From an uncultured Clostridium sp. (GTDB taxonomy: Bacteria; Bacillota; Clostridia; TANB77; CAG-508), in contig CABUGH010000002.1 in the NCBI GenBank assembly GCA_902491155.1, forward strand, positions 24,211-88,210: a stretch of 64,000 bases of DNA, given 5' to 3'. Shown here one piece after another: positions 1 through 10,293 of this stretch. Every line of letters starts with the position of its first letter. Positions within the stretch are counted from its first letter, which is position 1. A program made the position numbers and the translations under genes. The notes beneath the pieces are model-generated. The model was given only the letters and a program-made list of their open reading frames with translations, was not told the DNA's origin and made no database searches.

Positions 1-489
1 AATTTTATTGCTTGAAGCTGTTGATAGTGGTTCATAATTAAATAACTCTGCTGGTGCTATTTTAGTTTCATCAATATCTCCTGAATATATACCTTTCACA
101 TTTTTTTCTGCTGTACCTACTGTTAATTTAATATCAACTGGAACTGCTAATTTTTCTTTAGCAAACACCATATTTGTTGGAAATTCAGAATCCTCTGCTG
201 TTACATCTGTTCTATTGTAATCTTTGTTTATTCTATTTGCTAATACTTGTGGTGTTATTGTGCTTGCATCTCCCAAATTGTCTGTTATAAGCCCATTTAT
301 GCTTAATTTTGTGATCTCTTCAACTGTTGATTGATTTGTTCCTTTCTTTGCTTCTGATGCCCTTTTTAAAATTCCGTTGTCTCCACTTAATGCATTAATT
401 GTTACTGCTGCTAATATTAGTAACACGATTATTGTTATTACTAATGCTATAAGCGTAATTCCTCCTTGTTTCTTTACTTTTTTTAACAT
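1..489 (-). CDS. Surface protein with pilin-like N-terminal leader, 5' part only (gene runs off the window start)
   Basis: Hand translation of reverse strand from ATG 487-489: MLKKVKKQGGITLIALVITIIVLLILAAVTINALSGDNGILKRASEAKK...; GGAGGA RBS at 497-502; open to position 1; N-terminus paralogous to 759-2675 and 35312-37006. Confidence 0.8.
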   Translation of the reverse strand, partial: MLKKVKKQGGITLIALVITIIVLLILAAVTINALSGDNGILKRASEAKKGTNQSTVEEITKLSINGLITDNLGDASTITPQVLANRINKDYNRTDVTAEDSEFPTNMVFAKEKLAVPVDIKLTVGTAEKNVKGIYSGDIDETKIAPAELFNYEPLSTASSNKI

Positions 490-554
490 TTGTTTTTCCT
501 CCTTTTTTTCTTTTTTTATTAATCTAAAGACTTAATAAAAATTGTATATTTAAA

Positions 555-583
555 TTTATAGCATATACCAACAAAAAATGCAA
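555..583 (-). promoter_or_regulatory. Sigma-A-type promoter with extended -10 for the 1-489 gene
   Basis: Reverse strand reads TTGCAT-N17 (ending TGc)-TATAAA; same layout and near-identical sequence upstream of the two paralogous genes. Confidence 0.55.
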
Positions 584-711
584 TACCACAATTCCAAATT
601 TTTTAAAATAATAATTCTAAAGATTTTCAAAACTGATTGAAATAAAATGGTTTGCTAGTAGTTAATTTTTTTATTAAGTTTTTAGATTAATTAAAATATA
701 ATAAGCTATAT

Positions 712-756
712 AAAAAACGGTAAAAGCTTTAAATATCAAGTCTTTACCGTTTTTTT
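712..756. terminator. Bidirectional rho-independent terminator after the LRR gene
   Basis: AAACGGTAAA..TTTACCGTTT stem flanked by an A-run and a T-run, 3 nt from the stop at 759. Confidence 0.6.
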
Positions 757-758
757 CT

Positions 759-2675
759 TTATTTTTTCCAATTAACAACTCTTAATCCTTTAGGTGCACC
801 CCATGGAGATCCTGTAATTGAATTTTGCTTTTTATCTATATTTATATTTGAAAGTTTATTACAACCAGAAAAAGCATTTTCACTTATTGTTTCTACGCTT
901 GAAGGTATATCAATTGATTCTATACCTATTCCTCGAATTCTGTCAATTTTTTTTAATGTATTTGGCAATTTAACTTTAGTTATACTATTAGACCATGACA
1001 AATTATAAATAGTCTCAACACCTTCAGGAATAACAATTTCAGATTTTGCATTAACATATGTTAATAAACTTTTTCCATCTTTAGTCAAAATACAATTATC
1101 AAGTACTTTATAAATTAAGTTACCTGAATCAATTTCAAAACTTAAACTATTAGGTATCTCTGCATAATCTTTAAAATTAGCATTTATATCTTTAACATTT
1201 GTTCCTATATATATTTTAGTTAAACCTTGTAAACCCTTTCCAAATTGTTCATCTATCTTTTCAACATTTCCACCAAATCTTATTTCCGATATTTTAAATC
1301 CTTGAATTGAAGCCAGACAAATTTCTTTTACAGTATTTGGTATGTTTAATGTACTCCTTCCTGACGTTGCATAATATAATTTTGTTCCATCTTTAGAAAG
1401 TAACATATTATCCTGAACAATAAAATTTTGATTACTACTAGAGATAGTGATTTTATTTATATACTCTCTTCCTTCAAACACATTACCTATAAAAGTTTTT
1501 AGTGAACTTGGCAAAATCACTTCTTGTAAATTAGAACAATTACTAAATAATTGTGTTCCACTCAAATCCTGAACAGTATCTTCAATTTTTAAACTAGTTA
1601 CATTCTTATTCAAAGCAGAAACAAATACAATTTTTGTTTTATTTATATCATATATAATACCATTAGAAACAGCATATGATTTATTATTCGAATCTATCTG
1701 TATATCTGTTAAACTAGCTGTTTGGCTAAAAGCTGAAGGTTCTATACTATTTACACTAGCTGGTAAATACAAACTTTTTAAAGATTCACAACCTCTAAAA
1801 GCCGAATAGCCTATACCTACTAAATTTTTAGGTAACTCTATTTTTTCCAAACCTGTACAATATTGAAATACTAAGTTCTCTATATTTTTTACGTTATCTG
1901 GTAACTTTATATATTTTAAACTACTACAAACTGAAAAAGATTCTTCACCAATATCATTAAGACTTTGTGGCATGTCAATCTTTTGTAAACTTGTACATTT
2001 TTTAAAAGCACTATATCCAATCTTAGTAACGCCTTCTTGCATTATAACATTTTCCAGTGTTGTATTATATGAAAACGCATTAGCAGCTATTTCTTTTACT
2101 GTACTTGGTATTACTATTGTTTTCAAACCTTCTACACCAGAAAAAGCACCTTCTCCTATTTTTGTTACAGTTTCTGGAACCGTTACTGTTCCATCATCTG
2201 ACATTAATGCTAAATTTTTTCCTGATGACATAAGCTCTCCATTTATTATTATATAAGGATTAAAATTAACTTTAGCTATTTTTGCTGCTTCCATTTCAGA
2301 TTCATCTGTTGTATTTAGTAACAATTCGCCTTTTATTATCTCCACTTTATCTAAATACTTATCTGGCAAGTCTGGTAATATCGTTTTTATATTCCCATCC
2401 AATTGTTTACCATTATATGATAATTTAGTTTTTCCTGCTACTACTGTATCATCTTGAAAATTCGTTTCTTTTAATTCTCTTGAAGCTTTCCATTGCTTTA
2501 ATTCTTCATTATATCCTGTTAGCTCTGTTGCCAATTTTGCTATTTCAGACCTTTTTAAAATTCCATTATTTCCTTTTATTCCTGTAACAGATACTCCCGC
2601 AAGTATTAAAAGTACTATTATCGTTATTGTTAATGCTACAAGTGTTATTCCTTTGTTTATTTTTAATCTTTCCAT
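759..2675 (-). CDS. BspA-type leucine-rich-repeat surface protein with pilin-like N-terminal leader
   Basis: Track ORF 759-2687. GGAGG RBS favours the internal ATG at 2673-2675 (MERLKINKGITLVALTITIIVLLILAGV...). Body is repeated ~23-aa units of the form I..IG..AF..C..L..I.IP.SV..I. Confidence 0.85.
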   Translation of the reverse strand: MERLKINKGITLVALTITIIVLLILAGVSVTGIKGNNGILKRSEIAKLATELTGYNEELKQWKASRELKETNFQDDTVVAGKTKLSYNGKQLDGNIKTILPDLPDKYLDKVEIIKGELLLNTTDESEMEAAKIAKVNFNPYIIINGELMSSGKNLALMSDDGTVTVPETVTKIGEGAFSGVEGLKTIVIPSTVKEIAANAFSYNTTLENVIMQEGVTKIGYSAFKKCTSLQKIDMPQSLNDIGEESFSVCSSLKYIKLPDNVKNIENLVFQYCTGLEKIELPKNLVGIGYSAFRGCESLKSLYLPASVNSIEPSAFSQTASLTDIQIDSNNKSYAVSNGIIYDINKTKIVFVSALNKNVTSLKIEDTVQDLSGTQLFSNCSNLQEVILPSSLKTFIGNVFEGREYINKITISSSNQNFIVQDNMLLSKDGTKLYYATSGRSTLNIPNTVKEICLASIQGFKISEIRFGGNVEKIDEQFGKGLQGLTKIYIGTNVKDINANFKDYAEIPNSLSFEIDSGNLIYKVLDNCILTKDGKSLLTYVNAKSEIVIPEGVETIYNLSWSNSITKVKLPNTLKKIDRIRGIGIESIDIPSSVETISENAFSGCNKLSNINIDKKQNSITGSPWGAPKGLRVVNWKK

Positions 2676-2727
2676 TTGTACCTCCACTTTTTATTAAACT
2701 TAAAACTTAATTAAAATGTACATAAAA

Positions 2728-2756
2728 CTTATATCACATACTAACAAAAAATTCAA
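2728..2756 (-). promoter_or_regulatory. Sigma-A-type promoter with extended -10 for the LRR gene
   Basis: Reverse strand TTGAAT-N17 (ending TGa)-TATAAG; paralogous to 555-583 and 37081-37109. Confidence 0.5.
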
Positions 2757-2850
2757 TATTTGAATTTAATTTTTTAAACTCTAACAATAAAATTTAAAAA
2801 ATTGGCAATACTATTTATAAATACATTTAGAAAGGAGCGAACACTAAAAA

Positions 2851-3606
2851 ATGAAAAACAAAAAGCAAAACTCTATATGGTATATAATTACAATAATTGC
2901 TCTATTAATAATATGCACTCTAGCATTTTATTTTTTCAGAAGCAAGATTAGTAAAAGTAACAAATCTGAGTATCAAACAGAGAAAATTTCAACTAATCAA
3001 CAATCTCAAACAATTAATCAATCCAACGAACAACAAAATTCATATACAAATAATTTAAGAACAGAAAAACAGGAAAATGCTGACCCAAACACAACTAATA
3101 CCCCTGAAAGCCAAAATAAAGAAAATCAACAACAAACAACTCAACCAAAAGAAACCCAAATTGCAACTTTTACCACAAAAATTTATACCAAAGAAAAAGC
3201 AAGGCAAAACAATATGCAAATAACAGCCTCACGACTAAATGGAAAAATCGTAAAAAACGGATCCACTTTTTCTTTTTGCAATACTTTAGGACCTTCATCT
3301 AGTAAAAACGGATACCAAGAAGCTGATATTTTTGACAATGATGGCAATAAAAAGAAAGGATTAGGTGGTGGAAATTGCCAAATTAGCAGTACATTATACA
3401 ATGCTGTTTTATCTACACCTGGTTTAAAAGTTGTTGAACGCCATGAACATAGCAACAAAGTGCCATATGTAAAAAAGGGCAAAGATGCTGCTGTTGCATA
3501 TGGAAGCTATGATTTTAAATTTTGCAACGAATCCGGTAACGATATAAAAATAACATTTAATGTCACATCAGATAATGTCACCACTACAATATACAAAATG
3601 GAATAA
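2851..3606 (+). CDS. VanW-domain protein with N-terminal TM segment and Q/N/T-rich linker
   Basis: AAAGGAG RBS. C-terminal half matches VanW hallmarks: GSTFSF..LGP....GY..A.......GGGNCQISSTLYNAVL..GLKVVERH.HS..V.Y...G.DAAV. Confidence 0.8.
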   Translation: MKNKKQNSIWYIITIIALLIICTLAFYFFRSKISKSNKSEYQTEKISTNQQSQTINQSNEQQNSYTNNLRTEKQENADPNTTNTPESQNKENQQQTTQPKETQIATFTTKIYTKEKARQNNMQITASRLNGKIVKNGSTFSFCNTLGPSSSKNGYQEADIFDNDGNKKKGLGGGNCQISSTLYNAVLSTPGLKVVERHEHSNKVPYVKKGKDAAVAYGSYDFKFCNESGNDIKITFNVTSDNVTTTIYKME

Positions 3607-3644
3607 AAAAAATATTACAATTCATATAATTTAATGGTGATATT

Positions 3645-5141
3645 TTGAGAAAAGCAAAAATTTTTATAATAAATGGAATAGTTTTAACATCTTCTTCCCT
3701 TCTAATACGTGGCGTAGGACTTGTATTCAGCATTTATGTTGCAAACAAAGTTGGTCAAGAGACAATAGGTATTTTTAGTCTTGTTATGTCTATATATAAC
3801 TTTGCCATCACATTTGCAACATCTGGTATAAGCCTTGCCTGTACATACATTGTCTCAGAAGAATTTGCTAAAAAAAATTTTGAAAAAGGATTTAAATCAG
3901 TAAAAAACTGTATAGCCTTTGCCACAACTTTAGGAATTACAGCCAGCATTTTATTAATTTTTTTAGCACCACTTATTTCAAGCACCTGGCTAAATAAAAA
4001 AATTTCTAATATTCCCATTTATTCTATTGCTATAGGGTTACCACTTATCAGTATTTCCTCTGTTATTAGTGGATATCTTACAAGTGTTGGAAAATCTTAT
4101 AAAAGTGCAATATCGCAATGTATTGAATTACTTGTAAAAATCTTAGCAACATACATTTTATTAAAAATATCTATTAATAAAGGTATTGACGCTATATGTA
4201 CCAGTTTAATTTTAGGAGATGTTATTTCAGAGTTATTCTCGTTTGGCTTGAACATAACTTTTTATTTTGTTGATAAAAAAAAGAGAAAACTATCAAGAAG
4301 TTATAACACAGAAATAAATAACAAAATTTTAAAAATCGCATTACCTGTTGCAATAACTTCATATATACGTTCCGGATTGTCATCATTAAAACAATTTCTA
4401 ATACCATTTAGACTTCAAGCCTCTGGTTTAAACTATTCTTTAGCTATTTCAAAATATGGATTAATAAATGGAATGGTCATACCTGTTTTATTATTTTGCA
4501 GTTTTTTTATAAACTCTTTTAGCGGTCTATTAGTCCCTGAATATTCACGCTTATTAGCAGGGAAAAATTTTAATAGAATGAAATCTGTTTGCTATAAAAT
4601 TTTTGCAATCACATTTTCCTTTTCATTTCTAATAGCCGGCGTCTTCTTATTCTTCTCAAATGAAGTTAGCCTACTAGTATACAAGAATTTAGAAATTGCA
4701 ATATATTTAAAAATCTTTTCTTTTCTTATAATCTTTATGTACATAGATAACATTATTGATGGAATTTTAAAAGGAATAAACAGTCAATTTGGAGTTATGA
4801 TTATTAATATTTGTGATTTATTAATTACTATTTGTATCATATATTTTATTGTACCAATTTATGGAATTAACGGTTATGTTTTTAGTATCTTTATTAGCGA
4901 GATTTTTAATTTTACAGCAAGTTTTATTTTATTAAAAAAGAAATTAATTATTAATTTTGACTTTCTAAATTTCTGCATAAAGCCTTTTATAATTTGCTTA
5001 TTCTCATATTTTATTACCATGTTTTTGCCAATCAATTTTCAAAATATCCAGGCAAACTACATTTTAAAAATTTCAACTTTTACTATTTTATACCTTTTAA
5101 TATTTGCAAAAATAAACTACAATTTTTTAAAATCACTTTAA
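3645..5141 (+). CDS. MOP-superfamily flippase (SpoVB/MurJ-like polysaccharide biosynthesis protein)
   Basis: 498 aa, about 14 hydrophobic segments, N-terminus typical of SpoVB-type proteins; TTG start. Confidence 0.7.
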   Translation: MRKAKIFIINGIVLTSSSLLIRGVGLVFSIYVANKVGQETIGIFSLVMSIYNFAITFATSGISLACTYIVSEEFAKKNFEKGFKSVKNCIAFATTLGITASILLIFLAPLISSTWLNKKISNIPIYSIAIGLPLISISSVISGYLTSVGKSYKSAISQCIELLVKILATYILLKISINKGIDAICTSLILGDVISELFSFGLNITFYFVDKKKRKLSRSYNTEINNKILKIALPVAITSYIRSGLSSLKQFLIPFRLQASGLNYSLAISKYGLINGMVIPVLLFCSFFINSFSGLLVPEYSRLLAGKNFNRMKSVCYKIFAITFSFSFLIAGVFLFFSNEVSLLVYKNLEIAIYLKIFSFLIIFMYIDNIIDGILKGINSQFGVMIINICDLLITICIIYFIVPIYGINGYVFSIFISEIFNFTASFILLKKKLIINFDFLNFCIKPFIICLFSYFITMFLPINFQNIQANYILKISTFTILYLLIFAKINYNFLKSL

Positions 5142-5171
5142 TTAAGGACTATTTTTACAAATAGCCCTTAA
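5142..5171. terminator. Hairpin between convergent genes
   Basis: TTAAGGACTATTT / AAATAGCCCTTAA inverted repeat (one mismatch) between stops at 5141 and 5181. Confidence 0.45.
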
Positions 5172-5180
5172 TATTATTTT

Positions 5181-5897
5181 TTAAGATATAAAATCCCATG
5201 AAATCTCACTATTTTTTATAAAATCTACACACTTTTTCAAATGTTCCTGCATCTCTTTTTCAGAAAAAATTATATAATCTGGACACTCTATTTCTAATTT
5301 TGTTTTTAAACTAGCCATATTTTCTAAATATTTTATTCCTTCTAATATGTCACACTTTTGCAAATCTAACCATTTCAATTCCTCTGCGTATTCTAACATT
5401 TTTTCATCATATGTAGGAATATCTGTACATTTATTTTCATATATACTTTTAGAAAATAATTTAAAATCATTAGTTTTTATTTTTCGTAACTCTGCTTTAG
5501 GTGCCATATAAATTTTTTCATTATACATTTTTAAACCTATAAGATTTTTATTCTTGTCAAAAACACCTAATCTACCATATGTAAGATCATTCCAATAAAA
5601 ATCTGTTAACAAATGTGTATAATATCCTAACATCATTGGATTTTCAAACTTTTCTTTATATTTTTCTAAAAAACCTTTTAAATCATACCTATATTCAATA
5701 TGATTTTCAATTTTTACTGGTATTTCCATATGAGCCTCTCTATGTGGTACTATATGTGAAATATTTTTTATTACATATCCATTTAAAATATCTGGTAATA
5801 TATTTCCTAACAAAAATATATTTTTATTCTGTTCATTTAATTTTATCTTTTTATTCAATTGTGTTGCAACTGCTAAATGTATTGCCCATGATGGCAT
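5181..5897 (-). CDS. Hypothetical metal-dependent hydrolase (possibly zinc phospholipase C-like fold)
   Basis: Track ORF 5181-5939. AGGAGGAG RBS precedes the internal ATG at 5895-5897 (MPSWAIHLAVA...). His-rich motifs only, so the product is tentative. Confidence 0.6.
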   Translation of the reverse strand: MPSWAIHLAVATQLNKKIKLNEQNKNIFLLGNILPDILNGYVIKNISHIVPHREAHMEIPVKIENHIEYRYDLKGFLEKYKEKFENPMMLGYYTHLLTDFYWNDLTYGRLGVFDKNKNLIGLKMYNEKIYMAPKAELRKIKTNDFKLFSKSIYENKCTDIPTYDEKMLEYAEELKWLDLQKCDILEGIKYLENMASLKTKLEIECPDYIIFSEKEMQEHLKKCVDFIKNSEISWDFIS

Positions 5898-6090
5898 ATC
5901 TATCTCCTCCTCATAAAAACACCAATCATATAAATTCAATGCAATTATACTATTTCATCACATTTTTGTAAAGTTTTTTTGGCATTTTATCACACTTTTG
6001 CAAGTAATGTTTTTTGCTCCGTCACTAAAACATCATGCATAAATTCAAAATTAACAAATAAACTTTAGTATATATAGGAGGTCGTATATT

Positions 6091-7341
6091 ATGCATTTTC
6101 TAAAATTGTTTATAAACTTTTTTATTATCATTTCTTTAATATCTTTCCCATTTTCACGTTGTTTTGCCATAGATGACAGCAGCTACATCTGGTCTTATTT
6201 CAATAGTGACTCTATACTAGTAAATTCAGAAAACAATTCAAAAAACGCAATTAATGAATCAGAAAACAATTCCCTTAATTTAGAATCCGAAAGTGCCATT
6301 TTAATAGAACAAAAAACTGGCCAAATCTTATACAGCCATAACATTCATGAGCAATTGCGTCCTGCTTCTGTTACAAAAGTAATGAGTATTCTATTAATTA
6401 TGGAAGCACTTTCAAATCAAAAAATCTCTCTAACAGACTCTGTTCCATGTTCTGAAAACGCTGCATCTATGGGAGGTTCTCAAATTTGGCTTGATCCAAG
6501 AGAAACATTATCTGTTGATGATATGCTTAAAGCTATATGTGTTAATTCTGCCAATGATTGCGTAGTAGCCATGGCCGAGTTTATTGCTGGCTCTGAAGAA
6601 GCTTTTGTTCAAATGATGAACGATAAAGCAAAAGAACTTGGTATGAATGATACATGTTTTAAAAATTGCCACGGCCTAGATGAAGATGGACACATTACAT
6701 CTAGTTATGATATTTCTGTTATGTCAAGAGAATTGTTAAATAAATATCCTGACATTACTAAATATACAACCATTTGGATGGACAGTTTACGTGACGGAAA
6801 ATCACAACTTTCAAACACCAACAAATTAATTAAAAACTACAAAGGTGCCACAGGCCTAAAAACAGGTTCTACTTCTTTAGCCTTATATAATTTATCCGCT
6901 AGTGCCACTCGTGATAATCTTTCTTTAATTGCTGTTATTATGAAAGCTCCAAGCACTAAAACAAGGTTTGCCGAAGCACAAAAATTATTAGATTATGGAT
7001 TCGGACATTTTTCCTTTAAAAGTTTTGGCAATAAAGGTGATTTAATAAAAACCATAAACGTTTCTAAAGGTGTTAAATCTCAAATAGATATTGTTTTAGA
7101 AAACAATAGTGGAGCATTAATAGAAAAAGGAAAAGATAGCCAAATTACTCAAACCATAACCCTACCTGATTCAGTTTCTGCACCAGTCCATTCTGGTCAA
7201 AAAATCGGTGAAGCAACCTTTACTCTTAATGGCAAAACACTTGCTACAACAAATTTAATTGCTAAAAATAATGTAGAAAAATTAAATCCTTTTACAATGA
7301 GTAAATCAATTATTTATAATTGGATTAATTTACTCAGATAA
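6091..7341 (+). CDS. D-alanyl-D-alanine carboxypeptidase (PBP5/DacB/DacF family)
   Basis: AGGAGG RBS, signal peptide, SVTK (SxxK), SAN (SxN) and KTGST (KTG) motifs in order. Confidence 0.9.
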   Translation: MHFLKLFINFFIIISLISFPFSRCFAIDDSSYIWSYFNSDSILVNSENNSKNAINESENNSLNLESESAILIEQKTGQILYSHNIHEQLRPASVTKVMSILLIMEALSNQKISLTDSVPCSENAASMGGSQIWLDPRETLSVDDMLKAICVNSANDCVVAMAEFIAGSEEAFVQMMNDKAKELGMNDTCFKNCHGLDEDGHITSSYDISVMSRELLNKYPDITKYTTIWMDSLRDGKSQLSNTNKLIKNYKGATGLKTGSTSLALYNLSASATRDNLSLIAVIMKAPSTKTRFAEAQKLLDYGFGHFSFKSFGNKGDLIKTINVSKGVKSQIDIVLENNSGALIEKGKDSQITQTITLPDSVSAPVHSGQKIGEATFTLNGKTLATTNLIAKNNVEKLNPFTMSKSIIYNWINLLR

Positions 7342-7380
7342 GAAGAACAAAACAAACATAAAACATTTATAACACACAAT

Positions 7381-7411
7381 AAAAATCCTCCGGTTAAGCC
7401 GGAAGATTTTT
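7381..7411. terminator. Bidirectional terminator between the dac gene and nrdG
   Basis: AAAAATCCTCCGG-TTAAG-CCGGAAGATTTTT. Confidence 0.6.
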
Positions 7412-7417
7412 ATATGC

Positions 7418-7906
7418 TTAAATTAATACAACCTTATTTTCTTTTAAACTTTCTTGCACATCAATAACTCTTTGATTAGATGAACCTTTCCATTTCAATT
7501 TAGGATTATGCAACTCATCCATATATTGACCATCAACCAAAACATCTAAATATTTTACAACTTCTTTATCTTTTAAATCTTTATCAAATTTAAAACCTGA
7601 CCAAGCCCATAAATTTTTATTAGGAAATTTTTGTTTAAAAGCCTTTGCAAGTCTAGTTGTTCCCTCAATATTTTTAGGATTCATTGGCTCACCACCTAAA
7701 ATAGAAAGCCCCTCTACATTCTCATTTTCACATAATTCTAATACTCTATCTATTGTGCCATCTGTAAATTCTTTACCACCATTAAAATCATGTGTTTCCG
7801 GATTAAAACAATTTTTACAATTAAATGTACAACCCTGCATAAATATAGACACTCTAACCCCTGGTCCATCTGATATATCCATTTTTCTAATTTTATTATA
7901 TCTCAT
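7418..7906 (-). CDS. nrdG: Anaerobic ribonucleoside-triphosphate reductase activating protein (radical SAM)
   Basis: CTFNCKNC cluster motif, directly downstream of nrdD; ATG at 7904-7906 preferred over the TTG at 7912. Confidence 0.9.
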   Translation of the reverse strand: MRYNKIRKMDISDGPGVRVSIFMQGCTFNCKNCFNPETHDFNGGKEFTDGTIDRVLELCENENVEGLSILGGEPMNPKNIEGTTRLAKAFKQKFPNKNLWAWSGFKFDKDLKDKEVVKYLDVLVDGQYMDELHNPKLKWKGSSNQRVIDVQESLKENKVVLI

Positions 7907-7943
7907 TTTCAATCTCTTCCTTCACTTTTTATATCTGTGGACA

Positions 7944-10103
7944 TTATTCATCATCTTTATTATCAATATGTAACACTCTCTCTTTAATCTCTTGTGTACG
8001 TCCCTTATTCCAGAAATTACTTCCAATATATCCACAAGTTCTTCTAGCCACATTCAAAGTATCATGATCTCTATTACCACAATTTGGACAATACCACTCA
8101 AGATTATCATCAATCAATATTTCCCCATCATATCCACATTTTTGGCAATAATCTGATTTTGTATTCAATTCTGCATACATAATATTATTATAAATAAATT
8201 TAATAATTTGTAAAACAACTTCCAAGTTATCTTGTAAATTAGGAGTTTCTACATAAGAAATTGCTCCACCTGGACTCAATTGTTGGAATTCACTTTCCAA
8301 TTTTAATTTAGAAAAAGCATCTATCTCTTCAAATACTGGCACATGATAAGAATTTGTAATATAATCTCTATCTGTAATTCCTTTAATTTTTCCAAATCTT
8401 TTTCTTAAACATTTTGCAAATTTATATGTTGTTGACTCAATTGGTGTTCCATAAACACTATAATCTATATCTTCTTGTTCTTTCCATTCTTTGCATTTAT
8501 CATTTAATTTTTGCATAACCTCTAGTGCAAATTCTTTTCCATCACCATTATCTGTATGGCTATGACCTGTCATATATTTAACACACTCATATAATCCAGC
8601 ATAACCTAAAGACAATGTAGAATATCCACCATGTAATAATGGATGTATGCTTTCACCTTTTTTCAATCTTGCTAATGCTCCATGTTGCCATAGTATTGGT
8701 GCTACATCACTTGTTGCCTTACTTAACCTCTCATGTCTTATTTTTAAAGCTTTATGGCATAATTCAAGTCTTTCATCAAAAATTTTCCAGAATTTTTTCA
8801 TGTCTTTTCCAGATGATAATGCTGCATCTACTAAATTTATTGTTACAACACCTTGATTAAATCTTCCATAATATTTAGGTTTATTAGTTTTTGGATCAAC
8901 ATAAGGAGTTAAGAATGATCTACATCCCATACATGGATAACAATGTCCTTCTCCATTTTTATCTATCTTTAGTTCTAACATTTTCTTTTCTGAAATATAA
9001 TCTGGCACCATTCTTTTTGCAGTACATTTTGCAGCCAATTCTGTTAAATACCAGTATTTACTGTCTTCATGTATATTATCCTCTTCCAATACATATAGCA
9101 ACTTTGGAAAGGCTGGTGTTATAAATACACCTTTTTCATTTTTCATTCCTAAAATTCTTTGTTTCAAAACCTCTTCTATAATCATTGCCAATTCTTCTTT
9201 ATACTCTTCTGTTTCACCTAAATATAAGCAAACACTTAAGAAAGGAGCTTGTCCATTTGTTGTTGTCATAGAATTAATTTGATATTGAAATGTTTGTACA
9301 CCATCTTTTACTTCTTTTTTCAAATCTTCTTTTGCATATTTTTCGCAATCTTCTTTTGAGAAATTTCTATCTTCATATTTCTTTAAAAATCTCTTATAGC
9401 TTTCTCTTACAAATGGTGCCAAATGTGTCATAGTAACAGTTACACCACCATATTGACTTGAATTTACTGCTGTTATAATTTGTGTTGCAATAGTCATTGC
9501 TGTTAAAAATCTATGTGGTTTTTCTATCATTACACCATTTATACTTGTACCATTTTGTAACATATCTTCCAAATTTACCAAATCGCAATTGTGTAATGCA
9601 TTTTGTGCAAAATAATCTGCATCATGAAAATGTATAATTCCTTCGTCATGTGCTTTTACTATATCTTCTGGTAGTAAAAATCTTCTTGTTATATCTGTAC
9701 TTGTAATTCCAGCCAAATAATCTCTTTGAGTTGTTACAACTTTTGCATTTTTATTTGAGTTTTCTGTATTCCAATATTCACTTTCTCCATCTATCAATTC
9801 TTTTATAGATTGATCTGTTGTATTAGCTTTTCTAACTAATGCTCTTGTATATCTATATGTAATATATTGTTTAGCTAACTGATATCTTCCTATTTCCATT
9901 AATTTTTTTTCTATTATATCTTGAATATCTTCAACTAATATTCTAGCTTTTTTTAAATCTTCAATATATGCAATAATATTATCTATATCCTCATCTGTTG
10001 CTCTTTCTTTTTTAGCTACCTCTTTATTAGCTTTTCCAATTGCCACTCTTATTTTTTCTGGATCATATTCAACTATTGTTCCATCCCTTTTAATAATCTT
10101 CAT
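7944..10103 (-). CDS. nrdD: Anaerobic ribonucleoside-triphosphate reductase
   Basis: N-terminal ATP-cone, C-terminal CxxC..CxxC zinc site and glycyl-radical motif RRTCGYIG; GGAG RBS before the ATG at 10101-10103. Confidence 0.95.
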   Translation of the reverse strand: MKIIKRDGTIVEYDPEKIRVAIGKANKEVAKKERATDEDIDNIIAYIEDLKKARILVEDIQDIIEKKLMEIGRYQLAKQYITYRYTRALVRKANTTDQSIKELIDGESEYWNTENSNKNAKVVTTQRDYLAGITSTDITRRFLLPEDIVKAHDEGIIHFHDADYFAQNALHNCDLVNLEDMLQNGTSINGVMIEKPHRFLTAMTIATQIITAVNSSQYGGVTVTMTHLAPFVRESYKRFLKKYEDRNFSKEDCEKYAKEDLKKEVKDGVQTFQYQINSMTTTNGQAPFLSVCLYLGETEEYKEELAMIIEEVLKQRILGMKNEKGVFITPAFPKLLYVLEEDNIHEDSKYWYLTELAAKCTAKRMVPDYISEKKMLELKIDKNGEGHCYPCMGCRSFLTPYVDPKTNKPKYYGRFNQGVVTINLVDAALSSGKDMKKFWKIFDERLELCHKALKIRHERLSKATSDVAPILWQHGALARLKKGESIHPLLHGGYSTLSLGYAGLYECVKYMTGHSHTDNGDGKEFALEVMQKLNDKCKEWKEQEDIDYSVYGTPIESTTYKFAKCLRKRFGKIKGITDRDYITNSYHVPVFEEIDAFSKLKLESEFQQLSPGGAISYVETPNLQDNLEVVLQIIKFIYNNIMYAELNTKSDYCQKCGYDGEILIDDNLEWYCPNCGNRDHDTLNVARRTCGYIGSNFWNKGRTQEIKERVLHIDNKDDE

Positions 10104-10182
10104 TTCGTGTAATCTCCTTTCCATTCACTATATATCAATTCAATTTATTTCTAAATTCGATATCTCTATTATACACGAAAAA

Positions 10183-10222
10183 GAGTCATAATCTGTTGCA
10201 AAAGCAACAGATTATGACTCTA
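10183..10222 (-). terminator. Terminator after feoB
   Basis: 18-bp perfect stem AGAGTCATAATCTGTTGC/GCAACAGATTATGACTCT with T-rich tails on both strands. Confidence 0.7.
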
Positions 10223-10293
10223 GCTTTTTTAAAATTTTACACTTTGCTTGTTTCTAAGATTTTGCCTGTTGTTACAAATTTGTTACAACTTAA

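Noticed and set aside
10126-10175. NrdR boxes upstream of nrdD
   Set aside because: TCACTATATATCAATT matches only one half of the 16-bp NrdR palindrome, and the second candidate has CAC/GTG in the wrong orientation. This is too weak to call without a search.
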